In this document: positions 11,977 through 25,553 of the stretch, one piece after another
Layout: every line of letters starts with the position of its first letter
Position numbering within the stretch: position 1 is the stretch's first letter
Assembly (NCBI RefSeq): GCF_024521635.1
Contig: NW_026250419.1
Coordinates: 372,001-436,000, forward strand
Source: Tricharina praecox
Taxonomy: Eukaryota
DNA length: 64,000 nt
Direction of reading: 5' to 3'
The notes under the pieces: model-generated
Database searches by the model: none
The model's input: the letters and a program-made list of their open reading frames with translations, nothing else
What the model was told of the DNA's origin: nothing
Translations under genes and position numbers: made by a program

Positions 11977-12676
11977 ATGTCCGGAGACGACCACGACGAG
12001 AGCTATCGCGAGGCAAGCACCCAAGCAACCAAGCAACCAAGCACGCACGCACGCAACCACGCAAGCTTTGCTGCTGCTGCTAGCTCTTATCCGCCCAACT
12101 GGAGAGCTAACCTGGTGGGTCGCGTAGAGATTGAAATCGGCACTCTGGTACAGCGTCGGCAAAATCGTCGACGACGAATCGCTGAGCCTTCAGGTCAATG
12201 TCACACCGCAATTTATCGGTGCGTTGACAGAGCTAGTATATGCACAGGCGGGTACGTAGCTGGGCTTCATTTGTGTTGGTTTGTGGTTAAAGCCAAAGCT
12301 AATAAACAATGGCTGATAGAAAACGTTGCGAAAGACCTCGAATCATTCGCACAGTGAGTTGTATCCGATCATCATCACCACCGTGATCATCATCACCACC
12401 ATCACTATCACCATCACCCTCCTCCTCCTCGATTCGATCATGGCTGACGAATCCTCAAGCCATGCGAACCGGAGTACCGTCAACACCGACGATGTCCTGC
12501 TACTCGCCCGACGCAACGAGGGCCTAGGTCAGGTTCTGGAAACGTTCATCGATAACGCGCGGGAGGAGAGGGAAAAGGAAGATGTGAAGGTTGGTCCTGC
12601 TAGGGGAAAGGCGAAGGCTACTGCAAAGGACAAAGGGAAGGCTCCTGCCAAGGGGGGCGTGAAGAAGCGAACATGA
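11977..12676 (+). CDS. MHF1: CENP-S/MHF1 histone-fold protein (136 aa); exons 11977-12012, 12128-12251, 12320-12353, 12460-12676
   Basis: Spliced product MSGDDHDESYRE-RLKSALWYSVGKIVDDESL..TPQFIGALTELVYAQAENVAKDLESFAHHANRSTVNTDDVLLLARRNEGL is the CENP-S signature. Intron 1 uses a GC donor; introns 2 and 3 are GT-AG with branch sites. Confidence 0.88.
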
Positions 12677-15600
12677 TTTTTCTATATCGGCCTCGACTTC
12701 AATTGCATTATTTGGGTGGAACCTTCCTACGTATCCATCTAGGTACTCTAGATCGCACTTATTTACCGCGTCATGCGTCAGGCCGCGCGTCTGGTGAAGT
12801 TGTTTTTTCTTCTATTTTCTTCCAATTCATCATTGATTGCGTGCGACCTATCTAGATCATGGCGATGGCCAATCACTTGTTTCCCGATCCCTTTTGGGTG
12901 AAGACGCAGCTTTCTCGGTACAAACATAGTAACACTTTGTGATATGTACGACCCCCACTTGCAGCCAAGTTCATCCCAAGCCCAGGCCCGACGCATGGTA
13001 GCTCTGTAGTCCTGTAGCCTATGTACAGTACATACTAGAATACGAACGACCGTCTACACCTGTCTCCATCCAAATCATCCTTCAAACTTAGCGCGCTCGC
13101 GCTTCCGAGCTCACCTCACGGATCCTGCCATGCGCGATGCACATGCGTCGTCACCGGAGTAGGGGTTGTCAACGGTAAGTCACAAGTGGGGCCCATCTCT
13201 GTAGTCACTCGGTGACAGTTTTCAGCCGGGCACTCCTCAGGAATCAGCATCGCTTTTTTCCCACCCAGCGGACTCCGTGTTCTGAATATCGCGCAAGCCC
13301 CCCTCGTCACTGCTGCGGCCCGCCACAAGACATTGCCGCATTGCTATCGGGAATGAAGGAACGATCACATGGGAGTGGGGGTTTGACATCGCAGGTGTAT
13401 GCGGTGATACATACTGATGCTGGCGGCGGCGGCGGCGGCGAGGGCGTATTCGAGGTACCCTATATAGACGGCCGTATCGTTGGTATGAGCCCGCCGCGGG
13501 TTTCTCCACCTTGCAGTGGCTAGTCACTGTAGCTCACTCGCAGCCCAGTGATCTCCAAATAGAGCGTAAAGTTTGGGCCCTGCACACTGCACAATCGTGA
13601 TAGAGGTGTGCGGCGAATAGTTACCGACAGATACTACGTGGCGGTTGGGTCCTTAGGGGTGGGTATCGGATGTTGGGATCGATGTTGGGGACGCATCATG
13701 AATGTTGGAAAGGCTCACTATGGGTGCTGGGATATGGTTGACTACCGGTATGCATTGAGGATAAACCATAGATCATAGAAGATGCGGGAAGCGGGGCCCA
13801 AGTTTGCGAGAAGAGATCCGGATCGTACCAGTAAATATGGAGGCCAGGGCTGCTCTTGAGGGTTGTACACAATCCCGGGAAGTTGAATGTTGGTACATTG
13901 GTACTTCTTCTTACTTACTTAAGTACCTCCATAGTACGGCAGTTTCGTTCTGATCTGCATATATACCGTACATACGGTACTGCATGTAACGCGGTGAACA
14001 GAGGGGGCCGAAGGCTGGAGCCTGGAGCCTGGAGAATTCTGGCCTATGTTCTGTCGATCTGGGCCGGAGTCTACCCTCGGACTACCGGTATACTCCCAAT
14101 ATCTACCTGGTGGATATTGGCCCGCAATGACAGGTGCACAGATAGAGTGTAGGTTTGTATATACGCAGGAGAGAAGGTCTGTGAGTTTTGGAAGTACATG
14201 TTGTGATCCCGCAGCACAGAATCTCACCACGACCTCTACGCTTTTTGTGCATGGGATACTGATTATGTACCTGAGGTTTCTCTGGCTACTCAAGGAACGA
14301 CGAGAGCGCGCCGGTACGTAAAGTATCGTACTCCCCGGGAGGGACAGGGTTAAAATGAAATACAAGTACTCCAGTTGCCATGGCCGAAACTGGCCGATCA
14401 CGGGGAAAAAATCGAGAAAGAAAAAAAGAAGAAAAAAGGAACTAAGCTGCTCAGTGCGCTACGATGATCGATCATGGAAACCATGGCCCACGGCCGATCA
14501 TGACGATGCGCCATGCCCTCGCCGAGCTAGGTACCTGGTATCTTGACGAACCGGTATGGTAGAGAAGCGTCACCGCTTGGCGGGCGAGCACAACGCCTAC
14601 CGAGCATGCCACTCGGGAAGTCGGTGAGTCGGGGGCAACCGCGTCACTTCGCTCAGCGCCACAGAACCCGCAAGTTACAACAGAGTAATCCGGCCCAGCC
14701 CGCCGACCGCCGACCGACATTTCCACATTTCCGCCATTTCCCCGCACTTCTGGGAACATCACCGAGTGATCATGCATGAGCACTCGACTCCACTCCACTC
14801 CCTCCCTCCGATGCCATCACGTGACCCTCAGCCCTCCCTTCCCAGATCTCACATGACCCCACCCACCTCAAAGCCTCCCACTCCAGTCTCCAGTCTCCGG
14901 ATCGGAGAATTGGAACAGTCACAGTCCAGTTACATTGAACTCAAAATAAAATAAAATTGCACTTCCCGCGTCACTGCATGGCAATGCGCCTCCCCCCCGC
15001 CTCCGTCAGGTCATGCACGGGACTCGGGAGGGAGGGCGAGTGAGTCACACTTTTACACGCGGAGAAGGGGGGGTAATTAGGGGGCGAGGGGGGGGTACTA
15101 TCTATTGCATCGATAGAGAGATATCGGTGCTGCCTGAGGTATGGTACTCTACATAGAGAACATAGAGAACATAGAGAACATAGAGAAGAGAAGAGATGAC
15201 TGCGGGGAGGGGCGGGAGGCACAGCAGATGGATGGTTGTTTGTTTGTTTATGTAGAGTACTGCCGGCCTGCGGCTGCTAGGTACTCTACCGTACTCGCAT
15301 ATGTATGTACCGTATATATGCCCCCCAGTGGAATCGCAAGTACTCTACTCTATAGGTGTTCGTGGAGTCAGACTCAGCGGAGGAGGAGCGTTGCGTGCAG
15401 ACGGAGCGAGCCGACATTCACACGCTGGCTTTTATGTATGGTGCGAATCCACGGTTGAAACACAATCCTTATCTAAACCGAACCGAACCGTATCTAGAAA
15501 CAATACCTGGGTACGGTAAACGCCTGCTCGACCACTCAGCTGACCGTAACTGCCTGTTCGAACACCTACTCTATCTCCCCGGTTAACCAGGTAGAGTAGG

Positions 15601-18600
15601 TAACTGACGAATCGTCGATCGAATCTCGATGCATGTGTTGGTACTGGTAGAACACATCCCGTGCAGATGTGAAACGTGGACTGGGGCCGCCGGGAATATA
15701 TGTATGAGATTTCCGGGTCCTGGAGACTGGAGACTGGGAAAGAGTGGGGTGTTTACTTTAGAGTATGAGGTAGGTGGTTCTTGAAGGTTGAGGCGATAGG
15801 CAGATAGCGTAAAGTGTCAAGTTGGAGATAGAGGTAGAGCTCGGGTAGAGCATACATAGAGTAGGTATCATATGACAGAAATAGCATTCAGACTTAAGTT
15901 GGGATTCTAGAATGTGCGATGATGGTTATGCCTCCAGACTCTTGAGTCAATATCGAAACTATTTCTGGACCCTACTTTGGCCTCGGGAGTTGGATATCTG
16001 CCTTTTAGGATTTGTCCCATCTTGCAGGCCTTTTTTGGGGCCGTTTAACGGTTGAAGATCTTCGTTAAACGTCAGGATCCGCATCCGCATCCGCATGAGA
16101 GCTGCTGCTGCCGGGCGAACCGTTAAAGTGCCCAGGGATCGTCACTCGTACCGTATCTGCGCCATGAAAACCAAGGTGCAACCGTTGAAGCTTATCATGT
16201 TTGGATCGGCTATACGAGCTACCGGGACCCGTTACTTTGCGGCGCCGACGTCATCATACTCCCCGCCTCTAGAGTCAATCTCGCTACCGATACCAGCTAC
16301 GTACGCTCCTCCTCATTGTCGAATTCCTTACCTTCGAAGAAAACCTTTTGAGCAAAAACCTCCTCTTTAACTCATCGCTGAGATATCAGCCAACATGTCT
16401 GATCTGATATGTACAAAACCTCACCACTGATAGCACTGCCTACTCATCGTGCCGAGGCTGGGTTATCTCCCGATCCCCGTCCGGCATCATATTCTGCATT
16501 CCGTCGGCGGTGGGGAGACACCCGGAGCCGTGCGGAATCGGATGAATGACTTGTAACGTGACCTTGATTTTCACCCCAACGACAACTGTAGAGTAGTTCT
16601 ATCCGCGTCACATGTCCATGGCTGCACTTGTTCTGGTGTCTTGCTGCATACATAGTCGCCCGTTGCGGTTGCATCTGCCGCTTCGGACGCTTGGATAGAG
16701 TAGATGTCGCTGAGGTCACAGAGGGTCACTCGGCAGTTGCCAGCAGCACGTCAGTTGCCGATGCCCTCCCTGGCGGTCTGGCCATGAAGACGTGACTCGT
16801 GATGTGGTTGTCTACATACGCGCGACATCCATCGCGTAGAATAGATTTGCCGCGAGGGACATGCGGGGGAGGGGTGGGGGGGAAGCCGTTTCGAACGTTC
16901 TGCCGTTCTCCCGCAGAGTAGTGTACTTTTGACGCGGCACTCCAGAGCCAATTCCCAATGGCCATCGCGAAGGCCTGGCCTGACCTCGCCAGACGACGGA
17001 TCTCGGCCTTTGCATCTGGCGCCGGGTATTCTGACCTTGACATCGATAGGGTTTTGCCAATCAATCGACTCGTCCTCTACCGTACAGATGTAACGATCAG
17101 CATGATGCAATCCTTACATGTGTATGCGGAGCACATGAGGGTTCGGAGGGTTCGTTGAAACCGTAATGGTCTGAGGTCATGGACGTGAAACGAATGTACG
17201 GATGGACGGAGTCGACTGCCTCTTCCGAGTCCTTGATAGATCGATACGCCGCTGACGGGCAAAGGGTTGTAGTAGCCCCAGGAGGCGATACCCAAGCGCC
17301 TCCTTTTTTCTTGCGTCGCCACTCGGAGGGGGAAGGGGGGTTAGGGGGAACTGGATTTCAGGCGTGACCTGGCTACGACAGGCTGGGATTTGCTGACCAC
17401 CTTGACGACACCTCCTTTTCTATTTTATTTTATTATTATTTCCATTCTCTTCTGTTCTGTGCTTGTGGGCAACGGGTGTTGCTCTTCTCATTCCTCCTTT
17501 CCTTCAACTCCCTTCACTTTCGACCCCCTTCACTTTCGACGGTCGCTTGCATTCCCGTTTATCGCCAGCCATTTTTATTTTATTTTTATTTTTCTTCCCT
17601 TCCGACACGACACGGAATGGACGACCACGACGGATTTTCTTTCTTTTGAGGGGTAGGAGCTCCTTCGGCCGCAGAGAAACAGTCGCAGCAGCAGCAACAG
17701 CAGTGGGGGCAGACGAGGCGCCAGTCCATGTGGTCTCGTTGGTCAGTCGCGAGGTCGACGGTTTGGTTGGTTGGGCAGCGGGAACGCGGAATAATATCGC
17801 GGGCGACGAAAAGAGGAGGAGCTTCCGGATGGTGGTCTTGGTTGTGGTGGAGGGCGGTGGTCACTGGTGGTGGTGGTGTGTGGGTGGGTGGGCGGTTCAG
17901 CCAACGAGAAAGACGATGACGACAACGCAACACAGCAAAGCACAGCGCAGTTGGAGAAAAGGCTCCGACCGCCGACGACAGGCAGCCAGGAGAGGAGATT
18001 CCTTGTTTGGGACGATGACTGAACTCTACCGAACTCGACAAGACTTTGCAGGCCATGCTAGCCGGTTAGCCATCCCCGTCCTGGTTGGTTGGCTGGGACC
18101 AGCCATAGCCACAATGGAGCGACACACAGCGACGGGCAACATCCCTTCCCACCCTCACCACCACCACCACCACTCCACCTTTCACCTCCACCTCCAACAC
18201 CTCCACTACCTCCACCACCAACACCTCCTCCTCCTCTGTTTCCTCCCCTCCCCATCCCCCCTCCCCCACGTCGCCCCCTTCCTTCGTTCCTTTCACTTCG
18301 TTCCTTCCTTCCGTTCATCATGATCCATTCTCTCTTCCTCCACCACCCATACCAATACCATCCATACCATTCACCCTTCCATCCATACCATCCCTCATCA
18401 TCCATCCATGCTATCCCTTCTCTCCATCGTCCTTACTGATACGCGACTGCCTTACCGTTCCACCACTGTCGCCAGCTCTCCGCTTCGAATTTAAATTTCG
18501 CGTGAGTCGCGAAAGAGGGGCTGTTCTCTGCTCCGTGATTTCATCGTTGTCGCTGCGATGCCGACGACACTTGCAACAACCACGGTCGCGCGCACACACT

Positions 18601-19135
18601 CACATCATTTCGCATTCACACTCACACTCACATAACAGACTTCTCTCTTTGACACACACACATACATGCTCCATTTATATCGAACAGATCACGCAGTCTT
18701 CCTTTCCTCCTTCCCTCCTTACGCACACTGACCTTGCCTGCGCTCTACTTACTCACTTGCTTTGCTGGCCGGCTCGCTTCGAGCCGCATGCTGGCTCTGG
18801 GGGTGTTGGTCGCAGTGGTGTGTGTGTGTGCGTGCGGAGTGTGGACAGCGGGTCCGGCTCTGTTTGAGTTTTTTCCCAGCTAACCCACGTAGCGCTTTTT
18901 TCTCCTCCCTCCATCCACTTTCGCCCCGTCCGCTTGCTGCCTGCTGTTGCTTGTTGTGTCCTTTTTCGGCCTTAACTTCATTTTTGTTGCATACTTACTC
19001 TAGAGTATCTTTGCCGCGGAGACTTGGCGCTCCTTACGCTTCTATTACTCTTCTCCGTTCAAAAAAGTGATGTGTTAGCGTGTAATGCAAGTGCAGCAGT
19101 GACTGGCCCCCCGACCCCCCAGGCCGTCCCGCAAG

Positions 19136-19143
19136 TATAAAAG
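19136..19143 (+). promoter_or_regulatory. Candidate TATA box upstream of the TBP gene
   Basis: TATAAAAG followed by a CT-rich tract and an ATG-free stretch up to the TBP start at 19915. Confidence 0.45.
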
Positions 19144-19914
19144 GCCGGCTCGCCCACTCCAGAATTTTCGAAATCCCTTGGCTTGCCGTGCTTACAAACG
19201 TCCCACCCAAACGTCCCATCCGCCATCACCACCACCCCTAACGCCACATCTCCCTCTTCATCTCTTCTCTTCGACTTCCATCGAGACAGTTAAATACTGT
19301 CTGACCTCCTCGTCTCGAGCCATCTGCCCGAGTCGTCCCACCCTCTTTGAAAACGTAACCTCGTCGCCGTCGTCGTCGATAATACCTTCGTCCGGAACGC
19401 GTCGTCATCGTCTGCGACCGAGCGATAGATTCAGAAAAGAAAGAGCCTCCCTCTTCCTTCGATCCATCTATCACCACCACTACTCAGATAGTCCATTAGC
19501 TCGTTGGACACACATCCCTCTGTGACAAAATAAAAAATCAACAGAAGACCGAAGAAAGGGAAACACCACCAAAGTTTCAACAACAAAAAAAAAAAACTTC
19601 AGGGGAGACATTTGGTTGTTCATCTCTTGAATTTTCGACCCACACACCTAATCGCTTGAGCCGCTTCCGACACTCAGCATACCTTCAACTTCACCGGCAC
19701 AATCGCACTTCTATTCTAGCCCTCGCCACCGCTAGCCCTCCCTCCCCCCTCCCACATAAATACCCCGCCACACCTCCAATCGACAACACCTCATCGCTCC
19801 TACATCCGACACCGCCACCTCCACCTTCACCTCCGCCTCCACCCCCCGGCACCGATCGCAACGACCCCGTCCGTAACCGCTCGCTACGACAGCAACTTCG
19901 ACAGCACTCACGTC

Positions 19915-20960
19915 ATGGCTGCTATCATATCTCACCCCCAGAACGCTCTGCAGGCGAAGGCGTTTACCGCACCATCGTCTCTGTCTTACGGCACTGGTGA
20001 CATCACTCCTCCGTCCTCGGACGTCGAGGGTCAGAAAGCCCAGCAGCAGCAGCAGTCGCAGCAGCAGCAGGGAGACGCGCAAGGTCCTGACGCCGGTAAC
20101 GCTCCTGCGACCCCCGCCGCTACCCCCGGTGGAGGCCCCGGTGTCAGCGGCATCGTTCCGACCTTGCAGTGAGTATTCCTCTTGTTTCTTCTGGTTATCC
20201 GTTATGAAAACAAAGGCTTAACTTGCTTGCGCAATGATCGAAGAAACATCGTTGCGACCGTCAACTTGGATTGTCGCTTGGATCTGAAGACCATCGCGTT
20301 GCACGCAAGGAACGCGGAGTACAATCCAAAGGTACTTGATTGCTCTGCTGCTGTTGTTGTTGTTGCTGCTGCTGCTGCTTTCGCCGTCGTTGCTGCTATG
20401 GCGGCGACGACGATGACAATGAAATGGAAGAGAGACCTTGGCTTATACGAATACAATCTATCTAGCGTTTCGCTGCTGTTATCATGCGCATTCGTGAACC
20501 CAAGACTACCGCGTTGATCTTCGCTTCGGGCAAGATGGTCGTTACTGGTGCTAAGTCTGAGGACGACTCGAAGCTCGCCTCGCGCAAGTACGCGCGAATC
20601 ATACAGAAGCTGGGTTTCGGCGCCAAGTTCACGGACTTCAAGATCCAGAACATCGTCGGGTCTTGTGACATCAAGTTCCCAATCCGTCTCGAGGGTCTGG
20701 CTTCGCGCCATCACCATTTCAGCTCCTACGAGCCCGAGTTGTTCCCAGGATTGATCTACAGAATGATCAAGCCTAAGATTGTGCTCTTGATCTTCGTCTC
20801 CGGCAAGATCGTCCTCACCGGTGCCAAGGTCCGTGAGGAGATCTACACTGCCTTCGAGTCAATCTATCCCGTGTTGTCTGGTAAGTTTAAACCTTGTTTC
20901 CCTCCATATTACATTGTAGAGCTTCTATTAACATTACCCTCAGACTTCCGCAAAGTCTAA
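19915..20960 (+). CDS. SPT15: TATA-box-binding protein; exons 19915-20168, 20244-20331, 20466-20880, 20944-20960
   Basis: [68 protein letters not shown]...[14 protein letters not shown]...DFRKV. Three frame-consistent GT-AG introns. Confidence 0.98.
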
Positions 20961-22117
20961 ACAATACCCCAGATCGGATACTCTTGTGTTTCAGCGACTC
21001 ATCGGACCGACTTCTACACATGTATTACTACAACTCGCATACAACCTTCCACTTTTTCTGTCATGATCCACGACACGACATTTTCCAAAAGTTGGGGAGA
21101 CATGAAACCTACTATTACTACCCGGAGGAAGGAGGAAGAACCTGCAATAAAAAAATGAAAACAAAAAGGAAAAGGAGATGAAATACGTGCTTGTTTGTTG
21201 CGAGCAGAGATGAGGATATGATGGTACGGATCGGACTTGGGTGTGGTGATGGCTTCCATGTCCTGTTCTGTCCTGTCTACCTTTCTCTCTGTAGCGAACA
21301 TGCTCTTCTCTTCTAACTTTTTCTTTTCTTTTTAACTTTTTCTTCCCGCATACTTCCTCCCCTATCCTCTTTTTCTACATCTTCCAAATGCATTACAAAG
21401 GCGCGCGTGTTTTTTTTTTGTTGTTTTCTTTATGTTTGGGCTTTTCCTTTCTTCCTTTCTTCTTCCCAGTTCAGTTCAGTTGCGACCAGACTGTTTTGTG
21501 TGGCTTTTTGTGTTTCGTGTGTGCTTATACGGGGTTGGATTTTTTCTTCTTGCTTTCTTTGCCTTACTAACTTTTACCTGGTGTTGTTGTATCTGCGCGC
21601 AGGTTTTTTCTTTTCTGAGGAGGGGCTACACTCTAGAGTTGTTGGCTTGCTGCTTTTTGCTTTCTTCTCTCTGTTTTTTCTTTTCTTTCTGGCTGTGGGC
21701 TAGATGTGGTGCTCTGGTGTTTAGGGGATGGGGACGGGGAAAGAAGGGCGTGTGAGTGGGGTGTACATAGGTTGCTTAGCATGATGAGTGAGGAGGATGA
21801 GGAGCGGTGAGCAGTGAGGATCGTTGAGGGGGGGGGGGGGGTAATAGCATTGCGTACCCGTTACATTTTTATCTCTTGCACTGAGCTGTGAACAAGCTGT
21901 GAACACTGAACTATGATGCAAACTTGGAAAGCCATGATGAAAGATGGAAATAGATTGTGAACGATGATGAGAAATCCATGGTGAAAGATGGAAATAGATC
22001 TTGTATGATGCTTAACTCACACTCGGCGACTCTGTCAAAAGAACACAACGCTATCAAACAGCAACGACAACAGCAACGACAGCAACGCATCCAAAACAAA
22101 CCCAACCATCACCACCC

Positions 22118-25100
22118 TCACCTTTCCTCCCCCCTCCTCCCACCCCCACCGCCCCCCTGCCTCTTCAACCGTCCAGTAACCACCCACTGGGCATACGCAA
22201 GATACCTCTTCTTCCCGCCATCCTCGGTGCCGACATCAAGCGGGTTCTCTGGAATCTCAACGGCCTCACGATACACGACGGCGTCCTCGTCGGAAACGTC
22301 AGGGACCCGTATCTCGACGTAGCCCTTATACTCAGCGACAACGCCGGACTGCACGTCTCTAGCGCTGGGCGCGCTCGACGTCACCAGCGGCAGGTGCAGC
22401 GGGTGGTCCATGTACCGTCTGTACTCGGCGCGCTCCTTGTCGCTGATCGATGGGTCGAGCGAGCGCTCGACGGCTTGGTGCATGTTCCTTGTTTCGAGGG
22501 GGAGGTCGGATGGTGCTGGTGTGGTGGTGGAGGTGCTGGTGGGGGGAGGGACGGGTAGGCTCGGCGGAATGGGCCAGTGCCGGACGGCCGAGGTCTTGTT
22601 TGCTAGGTCGGACGCTTCGACTTCGGCCTTTTCTCGGAAGCCGGGGAATTCGATGATGCCGCGCCGCTGCTTGGTTTTTTTCTTCGAGGATTGCGCTGGT
22701 GGTTCCGCCGCGGCGCTGGCGCTGCGTACGACGAATGGAGACAGGTCGTATTTGCCGTCTTTGGTTTGCTTCAGTGGGATGTAGCGGAGCGTGCTGTTGA
22801 GGTTGTAGGTGAACACTTTGAGGAACGAGGAGACGGCCTTTGGACGGTAGTATTCGAGCCAGTAGTCGTCGAAATAGTGGTACGGTTTGTCGGCGAGCGG
22901 AGCCGGGAGCGTGGGAACATTGGGGAGCGTACGTGGTGAGAGGTGCGATGGCGTCCACCATTTTGTGTAGCTGCGCCGTTTGCGGCCGAGACGTGGGTCG
23001 GCGTGGTGGAGGTAGTAGTCCGTGCTGAGGTCCCATAGCATCGGCTGGCCTTGCGCGAAGATGTAGTTGCCGAGAAAGAGGTTGTATGCTTCTTGTCGCT
23101 GGCCGTCTGTAGAGTATTAGTAGCTGGTAGGGACAGAGGGAAGGGGACATACCGAGGAAGGAGTTGTTGTAGTAGCGCTTGAAGCTCTCGAGCATGTCTC
23201 GTGAATGGCTGCTCCACTGATTGATCTTCCTGTAAGTTTCCATGGTGTTGACTAGATGGCTACCAGCGTACTGAACCGCGATGGTGTCACCGTGATCGTG
23301 GTACATGTGCGTGAATAGATCCACGGCGTCCGTGTCGTAGTCGATACTCGTACCATTGATCACGCCTAGAGCATGCAGTTGATGTCCCAATGCTCTCTTG
23401 CCAATCACAAACTGCGCGGCATTGGTGCGATCGAGGCAATCGATGCAGTTGGTCCTGCATACACCGTTCTGGAGTTTCGGTTGGTGGGTTCCATTGATGG
23501 CGCCGTTGTGGAAGAAGCCAGTGGTGCTGACCACGTTCTCAGCAATGATCTCGAGTGTCTCGATCACATCTTGATCCCGGCTCTTCGCCGCTCGAGACAT
23601 GTCCCAGGCAATGTAGTGGATGTGCTTATCGTCCGGCAGGAACTGGTTCAGGTAGTTGATGGCCTGGGTGAACTCCTTAAGCAGCAATGACTCCCGGGGC
23701 ATTCTCTCCCTACTCTTGACTAGATTCAGCACGATTATCGGTGCACCGTATCTTCCGAATAGATCATCGAAGTGCAATGCCGCAGCACTGAAGAACGGAT
23801 CGACGAGATTCATCTCCACGGGTGGTTTCGGCGTCGCGGCATCGTTCTTCTGCGTCCAGAAGAGTGGGATGCTGCCGCGGTGCTGTACATAACTCGTGTA
23901 GTTTGGGTTGGAATACAACGTCCTGCCCGGGGCGTGAAAGCTCGTCGTCAGCATCTCGCTGACAATCTGCTCCGTCTCGACGTCGTTGGCGACGTATCCC
24001 AAGTCGTTCGCGCCACGCTTCAGGAACCGCGCTCCGGCAAAGTACCGCGAGCGCCGCGCGATGATGGTGATGTAGATGGAGCGGCCGTAGACGGCGATGT
24101 TCGCCTGGTCGACGTAGCCGTGCACTATCGGCATGCACCAGTCGTACGTGTTCTTTATACCCGCCTTCGCTGGTTCCAGGAGATAGTGGTTCCACGCGAA
24201 CATGTCGTTGTAATCATGCTTATCCGAATGCGCCAGGCCCTTCGCCAACGCCTCCCGTTGCCGTATAATATTGTGCTGCAGCGTCCGAGTGATATCATAC
24301 GAATAGCTGAAGTAGAAGCCGCGCGTGAGATCCAAGTTTCCGAGGATACTGACGAATCTGGCTTCCTCCGAATTCCTGTCCGGTTTCTTGGACGCGGCAC
24401 TGGTCGTCAACGGCACCATCTCCGTGTCGTCGATTTGGTAGACGTAGTGTCCTCCGATCATGGCCACCACGCTGCGCTTCGTGATCAGGAGCATATAGAA
24501 CACACCGGTGAAACGGATGAATCCGAGCAGTCCCCAGAACGGACACCTCTGTTTTAAGCCTCCAGTAGCGATGTTACCGTCTTCGATCGTAGCCAGTAGC
24601 CGCATCATCTCCGCTCGAGTGTATATCACCTCGTCCTCGATGATGCTCAAATCTCCTTCCTCCGCAGTCCTATCGATCTTTATGATCCGAAACTGCTGAT
24701 CCAGCAGGTCTGAGCCGACGATGTAATACCTCGTAGTAGTCTCGTAGAGTGTGAAGCGATGCATTCGGCGGACCGCATACTCAATCGTCTCATCATCGTC
24801 ATAATACCTCTGCCTCGCCCCACCACCGCCACCACTCTGCGCCGTACGGTCAAACGACTTCGGCACGCTTGGCTCCTCATCCTTGTCGTCCGACAGCGGT
24901 TGTCTCGTCCCGGGACTCGACGGCGGATTATTGCTCAACTGCGGATACGTTGGGCCGGACTGTATGTGGACCTTACGTTGCGCAGGCGCTGGAGCAGGTG
25001 GGGGAGGCGTCGGCGCAGGCGTGGGCAGCGCTGCGGGTGGCGCCGGTGGTGGTGCCTCCTGCGGTCCGGCGTCGTCAACTTCGAGCAGCGGTGCAGGTGG

Positions 25101-25553
25101 CAAGTCAATAGGCGCGCCGTCTGGTAAGATCTTTAGGCTTTCGCGTGGAATGTCGGCCGAACCCCGAGGCCGATGAGCTTTCTCGTCGGATGCGACCTTT
25201 AAGTCCTCATCTTGGACATCCACTGCTGCCACCGACGGTACTGGAGGCACGTATCCCCCACCTCCTCTTTCATCCCCTCCTTCTCGTCCGCCACTGTCGG
25301 CTGGTGACGGCGGATCGATGTTTGCGGTTCTGGTACTGTTGTCAGTGTCGATGGTCGGTGGTGGCGGCGGCAACGACGACGGGGGGTCGTTATCGTTCAT
25401 AGTGTTGGGGTGTGCGATATTGATGGTGTTTGAAGGATCGCTTGCTGGGGAAGCTGAAGCTCTTTCCTTTGCCCAGTTTCTGTGCCGTCCTGGAATATCT
25501 CCCGTCGAATGCGCTCGAGGAGTCGTGAACACTGATCGCCATAGGTAGTCCAT
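22118..25553 (-). CDS. FIG4: SAC-domain PI(3,5)P2 5-phosphatase; exons 25553-23153, 23106-22118 (start could instead be the ATG at 25400)
   Basis: SAC motifs ARRSRYFAGARFLKRG, VANDVETEQ, SYVQHRGSIPLFWTQ and catalytic CIDCLDRTN. A 46-nt intron 23107..23152 (GTATGT..ACTAAT..CAG) joins YNNSFL-DGQRQEAYNLFLG. Confidence 0.95.

Noticed and set aside
16444..17110. Minus-strand ORFs in the 13-17 kb gap as a possible decayed gene
   Set aside because: No recognisable motif, splice model or codon bias; cannot be supported without a database search.
17463..18439. His/Pro/Gly-rich ORFs upstream of TBP
   Set aside because: Low-complexity CCA/CCT repeats leave several frames open on both strands; no recognisable motif or codon bias.
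22359..23152. C-terminal part of the 1064-aa ORF
   Set aside because: It results from reading through the 46-nt FIG4 intron. The conserved sequence continues in the 22118..23041 frame.
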